Shown piece after piece: positions 10,606-20,216 of a stretch of DNA of 64,000 bases. Source of the DNA: Schmidtea polychroa (taxonomy: Eukaryota); the NCBI GenBank assembly GCA_044892525.1, contig CM097885.1, positions 32,116,001-32,180,000 on the forward strand, written 5' to 3'. A program made the translations under genes and the position numbers. Below the pieces are notes generated by a model, which saw nothing but the letters and a program-made list of their open reading frames with translations, had not been told where the DNA came from and did not search any database. Numbering within the stretch: the stretch's first letter is position 1; each line of letters starts with the position of its first letter.

Positions 10606-11976
10606 GATTGGTGTTCTAGATTCGTCGGTTTCTTTTAAATTATCCGGTGACGTGACTAAATTTTGGGCTGATAATTCCTCGGTTGACGTTGCTAAACTAT
10701 TAGTGATGTCGGACAGACTTTCTCTGCTTCGAGATCGACTAGGGGTGTATCCGAGATTTTCTTGGTCAAATATAGGTACTTGATTGGTTCTTCTTGATCC
10801 TTGTGATATTCCTCTTTGATGTTTAATAGATCGTCCTCTTTTGAGTTGTTGTAATTCGTCTCCTGAAAATAATACGTCTCCTGGCTTACTTGAAGATCTA
10901 AGGTTGGGTTTATCCGTGATTCCTTTCTTACGCTTCTTGGTAATTAGCGGCTACTGAATTGGACGAGTTCGGTTCTGATTGTGTTTCCTTCTATAAGTAT
11001 TCTGTATGAATCTGCTACTGTGATTCTGAGGAGATTTACTAGTCCTTGACAGATGGCTGCTAATACTATGAGGTTGAATATATCGATGATTCGTTCGAAG
11101 TTGGAGATGTCGCTATCTGTATCTTCTTCCGTTCTGGAGTCTTCCGGTTGCTGTGTCTCTCGGTGCGGGTTCTGAATGGATTTATTCTTGGTCGATTGTC
11201 GATTTCTTCGAATTCCTTTTGTGCGGGTTCTGGATTGTCTTGGTTGACTGGATTGGTTTGATATCTAAAATGAAAAAATGATCTCGTGTTGCATCTGCTT
11301 ACACGACTTCATCATTCTTTCAACAACATTCGAACACAGACACCTTTTAGGTTCTGTTTATGCTTCCCCTATTTTTTATGCAATTACTTCCGCGGGTTAT
11401 AATCTCCCATCAGCCCGAAATTTTCGTCGATTTTAAATTATCTATATGGGGTAGTAACAATTATCTATAGAGTCGTAATAATTATCTATTTTTATCACTT
11501 ATAATAGGAATAGGTCGTTGTCGGTCACTGCTTATTACCCCCCTTTCGTTTTCCTAGTCCTTTTTGCGCGGTTGTCGCTGTTTTACTTTTCGTATTTGCT
11601 ATTATCTCACTCGGTTCTACTCTGGAACCAATAAAATATATTCTCCCGCTTCGCCCAAAAAAGAAAAATATTATTCCGTAGAGTTTCTCCACTTCACTGG
11701 GGTCCCTTTAATTAGTTGGTTACTTTCCTCTTTACTCATTATCATCGTTTCGCCTATTCTTTATTTTCCATTATCTCTTTAGTTCGTTTCCTTCTTCCCT
11801 TTCCTTTTTCCTTATAATCTTATTATCTTTTCCACGAGCTCGTTTATTTCCTCTCTAAACTCAAATTTTCGTAATTACCTTCTATTTGTTCTGGCTAGCT
11901 TTACTATTCCATTTCACTAGTAATTTAAATATTATCTCATTGTAGCTTAACTGCTATCTCTCGTTTTTCTAGGCCT

Positions 11977-12352
11977 TTACGACTGGCTGGCACTATTCAA
12001 CAGCTCAATCTTCTTCCTTCTGATCGGTTGGACTATTCAACAACTCGATCTTACGACTGGCTGGCACTATTCAACAGCTCAATCTTCCTCCTTCTGATCG
12101 GTTGGACTATTCAACAACTCGATCTTACGACCGGCTGGCACTATTCAACAGCTCAATCTTCCTCCTTCTGATCGGTTGGACTATTCAACAACTCGATCTT
12201 ACGACTGGCTGGCACTATTCAACAGCTCAATCTTCCTCCTTCTGATCGGTTGGACTATTCAACAACTCGATCTTAATATCTCCGAACTGGCTGGACTTTT
12301 CACAGCTCAGTTTTCGTTTCCCTTGACCGGCTGGACTATTTTACAGCTCGGC
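11977..12352. repeat. Tandem array: 4 x 74 bp (each two related ~37-bp halves) plus 2 degenerate halves
   Basis: Units start at 11977, 12051, 12125 and 12199. Shared core GGYTGG(C)ACTATTCAACARCTC. Confidence 0.95.
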
Positions 12353-12911
12353 TTTAACATTCTTTACTCTGCATGCTTCTACTTCTCTCTTTCTTCTTTT
12401 ACTCAAGATTACCATTTTCTCTGTCTATTTTTAATTTGTTGGCTTAATCTTTACCGCACGGGAGTGTGTCCCCTTTCCCCCCTTGCTCAAAACGCACGAC
12501 GATCGCGATGATCCATTTCTACATTGGCATGGTGATCAGTCATGCTGCAGAAACTTCTCATCATTTGCGATGGTACCCCGCCCTACGCTCCTCACTTAGG
12601 TTGATCGGTTATCCCCTCCCAATTGGTTTTATCGTATGATAGAACGTACCGCCCTAAGGTGGCTCGGTTTGTACCCTTACAGCCTATATTGGGACTAATT
12701 CCACGTTAGTTCGGTTTTCTTTTCGTTTGATTCAAAAAACAATTATAAAATAGGATTAAAAGCCATAATTACTCAGTTCATAACAAAAATTTATTCACCA
12801 TAAAAAATAAAAATTAAAACTTTAATCAATTTTCACACATCAATTACACTTATTCTCATTCAATAGCCGTGTAAATTCAATGTTCCTAGATGTTACTGTA
12901 TCTTTCACTAT

Positions 12912-13394
12912 TCATTCACCATAGTAGACCATATGAGTTTCTTTTATCTCGTGCTTACATATCGTGCATCTTGTTAGCTCGTTCCCGCATTCTTCGCAGT
13001 GACTGAGGTGTCCACACGGCAAAAACAGTACGCGAATAGGACGAAGTTTACAAGCAAGGCAAGTTCGTAGTAGAGTCAGTTTTTCTTGTATTTTCCGCTC
13101 GATTGTATCTGATATGGTATTTAAGGGATCTTTTATACGTTGATAATCAAGATTTAATGCTGGGTGGTTCAATCTCTCTTGATACCATTGGTACACGGTT
13201 TCCGGGTTTACCTTCCCATCTGGGTGACTTAGTCCTGTGGCTAATAACATGTGGTTGGGGACGGCTGGTGTTTGCCCGATTGCTTGTAGTATGATGTTAA
13301 TTCTTTCTCTCTTTTGTGTCAGCGTTTTAAGGGAGTCATTCTCGATGTTTATGAAGTTGATTAGTTGTTGTATCTGATCTATGAATTCCGTCAT
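12912..13394 (-). CDS. IAP-type RING (C3HC4) E3 ligase without BIR domains, possible UBA-like segment
   Basis: RTCLACKLRPIRVLFLPCGHLSHCEECGNELTRCTIC has C-x2-C-x11-C-x-H-x3-C-x2-C-x6-C-x2-C spacing as in XIAP/cIAP. LLATG resembles ILATG of the cIAP UBA. Splice acceptor lies 2 nt before the ATG; AATAAA about 120 nt after the stop. Confidence 0.85.
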   Translation of the reverse strand: MTEFIDQIQQLINFINIENDSLKTLTQKRERINIILQAIGQTPAVPNHMLLATGLSHPDGKVNPETVYQWYQERLNHPALNLDYQRIKDPLNTISDTIERKIQEKLTLLRTCLACKLRPIRVLFLPCGHLSHCEECGNELTRCTICKHEIKETHMVYYGE

Positions 13395-13692
13395 GTCTAA
13401 AAAAAAATGTTTCAGTAGTATATGACTTCGTTTCGTCGGACATTCTCTTTTCTAACTCGTTATCGTTATTTTACTTTTATCTTATTTCTCCATCATTAAA
13501 TTTGCTTTATTTATATTTTTAATTTTATTATTTTCTATTCGTGATTTATAATAAGATTCGATAAGCATTAGTCAATTTGCACTCGCTAACCCATTGGAAT
13601 CACTAACCCCGGTGAGTTCACTCTATTCGACAGAAATTCACTCAATAACATCCTTATCCAGTTTACACTGACCAATGGAAATTTCAATCTAT

Positions 13693-13710
13693 ATCCCGGC
13701 TGAGCCCCCA
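13693..13710 (-). promoter_or_regulatory. Primer-binding site, tRNA-Pro type
   Basis: TGGGGGCTCAGCCGGGAT, 7 nt after the LTR end (..GCAACA). Differs at 2 nt from the classic tRNA-Pro PBS TGGGGGCTCGTCCGGGAT. Confidence 0.85.
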
Positions 13711-14282
13711 AAAATTATGTTGCGGGTACACTACTCGGATGACCCCTTTCTAGTGCAACTTTAGTCTAGAGGATGAATGCCACCTCGATTTCGCCCATCA
13801 TTTATTTGGTCATCACCGAGCGGGACCCGTACATAACTTACACTCCAACATAGCACCCGTGAATTGCTTCACGTTGGAACTGTGCTATGCCGGCGAGACG
13901 CCAGTAAGCAGGTGAGCCAGCTCCTCCGGACTACTCCTTACTGAGGCCTCGACTTCCCAACCCTGACTGCCGATAGAAGGACTTACGTCTACTCATTCCG
14001 TCGCCCCATCGCAATGTTTCTAGCTGAGTTTGCCAACTGACTAATGCTCCTCCAAGTTTTATGACTCTCAATACCATTCACCAATTTCAACTCAACTGTC
14101 CTAAGATGAACACAAAAGGAAACGTATGCAGACAAAATGGTTTATTATTAAGATTATCACACAAATATACCTAACACCTATACAATAAAATTTACGACCA
14201 CCGGAAAAGAAACAAAGGTAAAAATGTTATCCGACAATGTTCGGGTCATTTCAGTGAACGAAGACTTGTTACGGAGAAGTTC

Positions 14283-15032
14283 TCATTTCTCCCACTCTGA
14301 GTCTGCCAACAGATCTTCCAAATCGAAAAATTCAGAGGCATTTTCCTCCCAGGAAACACCAGCGGCGGAGATGATTCGCCCTGAGATCACTGATGCTAAA
14401 TCGATTGCTGCAGGAGGGTTGATGACTTTGATTAGATGATCCGACGATTGCTGGTTCTGTTTGGCGGTTACGCGTTCCCGCTGTTTCTTTTTGCGTTCGG
14501 CTCTCGATAATTGCCGACGCTTTGGCTTCGATGCCGTTGGATTGGTCGGGGGTGTTGCAGAGGTAGATGCCATCACAGGTAACGCTTTACTGGTTCCGGT
14601 AAAGATGACTTCTGGTTCTTTAGGTGAGAGCTCGGTCTCTACGCACCCATGGCAGGACTTTCCGACTGGAGAAGAAGATCCGCCAGAGATATCATGATGT
14701 GCTGGGAAAAGATTACTGGCTTCATTAATTGGGATCTTCGCGATCCTCCTTGTGGTTGCTGCCTGAACGTATAATTTGTGCAGCGCCTCCGACTGCTCTT
14801 TTATCAGGCTCCTCTGCGCCCGACTCTCGGAAATCAACGCGTCTCTACAGTGCTCGCTTCGATGCAGCTTCTTCTGAGCCTCCTTCATCTGGGTGGGACT
14901 AAACCATGTCCCCTCCAACTCATCTATCCTTCTCTTATGCTTTCCGATTTGGGCCTGGAGCTCTTTGATAATTGAATTCTTGTCGGAGCAAGGAAAACAA
15001 GGTCGAAGAACGGTCTTGGAATTTGGCAACAT
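14283..15032 (-). CDS. LTR-encoded accessory protein ORF-A (249 aa): CxxC + coiled coil, second CxxC, basic patch, acidic aromatic tail
   Basis: The probable start is MLPNSK (ATG 15032), 10 nt after a strong acceptor (AG 15043-15044), not the track start at 15107. The N-terminus is conserved in the copy at 32462 (17/21 aa identical). Confidence 0.75.
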   Translation of the reverse strand: MLPNSKTVLRPCFPCSDKNSIIKELQAQIGKHKRRIDELEGTWFSPTQMKEAQKKLHRSEHCRDALISESRAQRSLIKEQSEALHKLYVQAATTRRIAKIPINEASNLFPAHHDISGGSSSPVGKSCHGCVETELSPKEPEVIFTGTSKALPVMASTSATPPTNPTASKPKRRQLSRAERKKKQRERVTAKQNQQSSDHLIKVINPPAAIDLASVISGRIISAAGVSWEENASEFFDLEDLLADSEWEK

Positions 15033-17424
15033 TTTTGAGTGACTGTGGAAAAAAAAATGAAAAATGAAAATAATTAACTCAACTGGAGTGTCACCATCTG
15101 ACCCCATTCATACTTTACAGATCATAGACAAAAATATGAGTTTACCAGTCAAGACAAGTACTACTGCACGATGGATTCTCATACCTTTTGGGTCTTTGAT
15201 TATAAGAAGATAAATCGATCAAACCCGATTCCGTACACGGAAAGGAAGGTAATACTATTAGTGAGAGAGATTCTAGATCGATGAAAAAGGATTATTTAGT
15301 TAATCCGCTTGAAGTCATTATTTCACGTTTACCGAGCATCGAGTTACATTGTTGATTTCTCCCCCCGTACGAGTGATTTTGATGAGTGTATCATATACTG
15401 GGGTCGAGTGACTATCTATGGAAAAGGGGTCCATAATGTCTGTTGATTAGTTCCTACAGGATAAACGGAATGCTATTTAAATTTTTAATTATTTATTCAT
15501 TCTCTCTAATTACTCACATATGTGTTTTGCCTGGTTTAAATATTATTTATTAATAATATTCGACATTAATATTAATGATAATTATGTCAAAAATGACATA
15601 ATTTCCGTGCCATTCATTCTACGATAATAAAGAGAGAATAATCATAATTACGATCGGGTTTAGCACTAAAAAATATTATCTTTATGATAACTGAGCACGG
15701 TATCAATGTGAGCTAGTAGCCGACCATTCCTACTAGGTAGATAAGGAAATGTCAGCCCGGTGGTTGACTATTAATCCAGAGCGGTGAAATATGATACCTG
15801 TCGGTAGTCTAATTGGTTAACAGAAATTCCATCTGGTATGTTCGTCGGATTTTTCCTGAGTAGAGGCGTGTGTGACTTTGCCCACTGTACTTGGCCACTA
15901 GGTGAGTCTGTACCTGGTGACGCATGCAGGGTGTGCTTTCACACACTTAATTATACTACAATTGTAGGTGTTAAATGTTTGCAAGATGTCATTTTCTCAG
16001 AATTTTATCTATCGCGTAATCACTCACAATTCTCCTGCATATGGCGCTGATTTACTAATTCTCACCGGATTATTGGAAAAATTATAATTATCTGTATTGC
16101 AAATGTTGGATATAGCTTGCTCCACGGGTGGATTTTTTCGTCTTTAATTCCTCAAACCTAGTTTATCGATCTACTCTCTAAGTGCTGGAGGATTTCTACC
16201 TATCCCTGCTGGATTGCCAACCCCACGAAATACTGGAATTTTATATTTAATTAACAAGATCATCGGCTAACTTGAAGAAATATATTTTTCGTGGCTCGCA
16301 TTGGTTGCATTTTTCAATTCTAAATTATTTGATGCCAATAGTTTATGTGGTTATGATAATTAATTGTATGTAACTCCTTTTATATAAAATTCAAAAAAAA
16401 TTATGATAGCGAATCATTTTATGTAATTTGAACTTTTATTTGGAACAAACTCGTTTTATGCAATTCTGAATAACTATTTGGATTAAATCATTTTACCTGG
16501 TTCTTCCCTTTATTTACAAGCAGTCATTTCGAGTAAACCTAATACTTGTATGAAGCAATCTACTTTGAACTCCCTGGCAACTATGTCTTTAAGAGAACTT
16601 TTAGATGAACGGAATAACAGTTCCGCAGGTCATAGGCTAAAAATTGGTCGGAACAGATTCTGAGTGAAAAGTATGAACATCGAAGATATGTCACAGATAG
16701 CCTCACTAAGGTTTGAACAATTTTTGACACACAACTTACATTGATGATAGAGAAAATTTAGGCTTAGAAAAACCGATATTCGAAGACGATATTGTGACAC
16801 TCTCAATCACTACGCGAATACATCAAAATTTTCCGATTCCTTTATTACATATCTTTGTTTTCAATCACTACATGACTATCAATTTCGGCCCCCATTTACC
16901 TATAGATTTTAGTCGCACCTTCAGCGATTGGACCCGTGAAGAAGCCCTCACATTTCGGCCCAATCTAGCTGCGTGATTGAAATACCCTATGTCCACCGGT
17001 GGAGCTCCCGAAGGCACCTCACACCATGACATAGAGTATCTCAACGCCACGTTTCTCGCCAAATTGAATGGTCTCCAATAATAATTCATAAAAATTAATT
17101 CATAAAAGATCGAACGAGCAAATCATTTATTATTAAGCAAATTATTAATTTAAATAAAGTATTCTAATATCAAACGAAAAGAAAAACCATTTTTTAAATT
17201 AAGAATATTATTGAACTATACGCATTACTTAAAAATCCAAACTAAGCAATCAAAAATCCTTACCGAATGATTGATACAAGTATGGGCTGAGTCGAAAAGG
17301 GTACTATGTCGAATCAGTTAATGCTCGAGTGTCGTCTAGTTCTGTAAAAATCTTTTGAATCTTGGAATTGTCCTCGTGAGTTATCGTGCGTTAGTTGCTG
17401 GAGTTCTGTTCCGTCGTAGAATAG

Positions 17425-17561
17425 ATTTACCTATTGAGGTGGTTTGATTAACAGTCACAGTTATTTAAATTTCACTTACCTATTGAGGTGGTTTGATTAA
17501 CAGTAATTGTTATGTTTTTAATGCCTGCTTATATATTAATTTTTTGTTTGCGCGGACCAAT
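17425..17561 (-). promoter_or_regulatory. LTR promoter: inverted CCAAT, TATA box and downstream splice donors
   Basis: ATTGG 17557-17561, TATATAA 17529-17535, GTAAGT at 17479 and duplicated GTAAAT at 17430. The solo copy has the same spacings (ATTGG 30955, TATTTAA 30981, GTAAG 31036). Confidence 0.7.
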
Positions 17562-18523
17562 TAGAATTGAGTACCGCTTTATTTTATTAATTTAATTTAT
17601 TTTCTTTGTTTTCGAGTTATTTCTTCTTACTTTCTTTATTAAAATTATGTTTTTATTTATTTTCCTTAATTTTCTTAGTATTTACTATATTTTACGTTGT
17701 TTTCTGTCATTCTATTGTCTTATTTTAATTTTTCTCATCTTTATATTTTTGTTTTAATTCTTATTTTCTAATTATTGTTTTTCTTATGTTTTATTCTATT
17801 TTATTTGTCAATTTATTTGTTTTTATTTTTTATTTTATTTTAGTTCAGTTTCCCTAATTCCCAACTACCCTTCGACTCAGCCCAACATATCTGTTACTTG
17901 TAATTGTTACATAATTAAATAAATTTTTGCAAAATCATATATTTTTTACAGAAAGTACCTATACCTTGATATAAGATAGGTTCCTCAAATATATAGAAAG
18001 TAGGAAAACATTTAACCACGATAATCAAAATTTTTATAATAAAAAATATTCAAAGTGGACAATGATTAAGAGTCTCATTTTAAATATCAGAAAAGAATTA
18101 AGGATGTTTCCGAATAAATTTTTTATGTTGACATTACCAATTATTCAATAAATATATACGATTTTAAGTTAATTTATGGTTTTTTTAGAATTTGTACCAA
18201 AAATTGGTAAAAATTTAGAAAACACATTTTTCACAAATAAATATCCAATCTTCATGATAATTAGATAATTATTAAATCTAAAGTATGAAAATGAGTTATT
18301 ATACGTCGTCATCCTTATTTAATTTCATTTTGACCCTTATTTAATGTCTTTTTTACCTTTATTTTTTGTACTTTGATTTTAACCCAGTGCTACAACAATC
18401 TTACTATTTCACACTTAGTCAGAAATTTTTTATCGTTCAAAAATGTTATATTTTTTATCCAATATTAAAACAAAAAATTACAAATTTACAAAATCTTTAT
18501 TCTAAACAGTAAAATGATCGCTG

Positions 18524-20216
18524 CTATAACGATTCCACGGGTTGCTGCAACACCAGGCTGGATATTTCATTGAGGAGCACCTACAAAGCAACACAACATA
18601 TAAATCACCAATAAATTCAAAGGAAAACCAACATCGATTTTATCAATCATTGAATCAGTTCGATCAATAGTTTTACTAAGAGATTCCTTAAACTGAAGAA
18701 TGTTTCCCTAATTAAATGATAGTAATGAGAATTGCATAATATTCCAAATCAGCGATTATTACTAGAGATTCGGCATAGATTTGATTGGCTGATTCATTAC
18801 TGTTGATGTTGTTATTGCTATTGGTTGAGAATTGGGAATTTCTTACATTGGTCAGTTTGTTCTTCTGCAATATTACATATTTTATGCCGATAATTTCACT
18901 ATTAATATACTTGATTCCTATTGGTCGAAATTTTTGAGTTGCGGTTGGTAAATGTCTGCATGGTACTCTACAATTATTTTCGGTTCGTAAAATTGTTTAA
19001 TAAGAGAATTGATTTCTTTGTTAAATGATTTGCTGGGTTAACTATATAGGAACACATTGGGAACTATATGGGAACACAGGGGGGGGGGGGGGGGGACAAA
19101 AGGATTATATAGGAACACAAGGAAATTATATGGGAACAAAAGAGGGACAATGTATGAACAATAGAACTATATAGGAACACGGGGGAACTACATGGGAACA
19201 CAGGGGGAACAAAAGGATTATATAGGAACACAGGGGGGACTACATGAGAACAAAAGAGGAACTATATTGGAACACAGTGGGAACACACAGGAACAAAAAG
19301 ACTATATAGGAACACAAGGAAATTATATGGGAACAAAAGAGGGACAATGTGGGAACAGAAGGACTATATAGGAACACAGGGGAACTACATTGGAACAATG
19401 GAAGACTATATAGGAAAAAGGAGGGACTATATAGGAAAAAGGAGGGACTATATAGGAAAAAGGAGGGACTATATAGGAAAAAGGAGGGACTATATAGGAA
19501 AAAGGAGGGACTATATAGGAAAAAGGAGGGACTATATGGGAACACAGTGGAAGTATAAAAAACTATATAATAACTACATGGGAACAAATGAGTGAACTAT
19601 TTGAATGAGCAATTGCTTCAATATATATATAAATTGATAATGTAACATGTCCATTTATGATAACCATTTTATAATAAAATTTTCATACCATTTCTGGTTT
19701 TTAAAAATGTTTAATATAATATAGTTAATGGGATATGATATTATTTAAAGAATGAAATTCAGTTGTAAAGTTGTAAATTACCACAACAGAAAATGGATTT
19801 GATGATAATTTATCATTTGGCTTTGCTTCCACTATAGTGACTCTGGAGTTGAACTGGATAACATCTGATTTGGCGAAATTTAAAGACTTTTTTGCATCTA
19901 GTTTAGGTAACTCGGTTGGAACTTTAAATGTATTCTGGGTTTTAGCATTTCGAATCGGAATTGGGGTCTCTGTAGTGCGGATCCTTTTAGCATTGATAAG
20001 TGGAGATGCAGTATTAAAGGAATTTTTGAAAGGAACTGACTGTTTTACTAAATTTATATTTCTTTTAAATTTATCTTTGTTAATATCTTTTATTTCAGAT
20101 TTTTTCTCGAATTTCGGATGAACAATTTCTGATAATTTGCCTTTATCACTGAAATTGGTTGATTTCACAGTACTTGCTGGCTTACTAAGTCTAGGTAATC
20201 TTGTGGAATTAAACAT
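18524..20216 (-). CDS. Four-exon host gene of unknown function (about 222 aa, K/S/N-rich, possible C-terminal coiled coil)
   Basis: Exons 19782-20216, 18763-18864, 18633-18707 and 18524-18580. All GT-AG, phase 0 and in frame, ending in TAG. Last two introns are 55 and 52 nt. Confidence 0.6.
19030..19560. repeat. Purine-rich minisatellite with 6 x 21-bp core (GACTATATAGGAAAAAGGAGG) and a poly-G run
   Basis: Core units about 19403-19528, degenerate GGAACAC-containing units on both sides, G run from about 19079 to 19095. Lies in the first intron of the orphan gene. Confidence 0.9.

Larger units (their letters stand above)
1..17887 (-). mobile_element. Giant env-bearing Ty3/Gypsy LTR retrotransposon, 5' part (3' end lies outside the window)
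   Basis: 5' LTR TGTTG...CAACA, PBS, gag and PR-RT-RH-INT order with Gypsy-type RT motifs. The frame is still open at base 1. Confidence 0.95.
13718..17887 (-). repeat. 5' LTR, 4170 bp
   Basis: Starts TGTTGGGCTGAG, ends GCAACA, followed by the PBS. Colinear with the TSD-flanked solo copy at 30603-33051. Upstream flank is GATA on the element strand. Confidence 0.8.

Noticed and set aside
20-10783. Numerous plus-strand ORFs of 60-135 aa and short minus-strand ORFs in other frames over the polyprotein
   Set aside because: Antisense or alternative-frame shadows of a long ORF; no motifs.
11977-12352. CRISPR-like appearance of the 74-bp array and ORF 12176-12511
   Set aside because: No unique spacers, eukaryotic context and no cas genes. 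The ORF is a by-product of the repeat.
12470-12484. Polypurine tract marking a 3' LTR
   Set aside because: Not followed by TG or LTR sequence, and lies upstream of gag.
13709-13717. Sm-binding site AAUUUUUGG suggesting an element-encoded SL/snRNA
   Set aside because: It is the junction of LTR end, spacer and PBS; it is about 270 nt from the nearest donor-like motif and absent from the solo copy.
15033-15107. Track start MGSDG... for ORF-A
   Set aside because: Runs through a polypyrimidine tract and acceptor; the homolog starts at the downstream Met.
17283-17887. Stand-alone 605-bp MITE
   Set aside because: No TSD, and it is colinear with the first ~620 bp of the TSD-flanked solo LTR, so it is better explained as U3/R of the LTR.
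19240-19595. Repetitive ORFs (SPSFFLY)n and (RRDYIGK)n
   Set aside because: Translations of the 21-bp minisatellite inside an intron.
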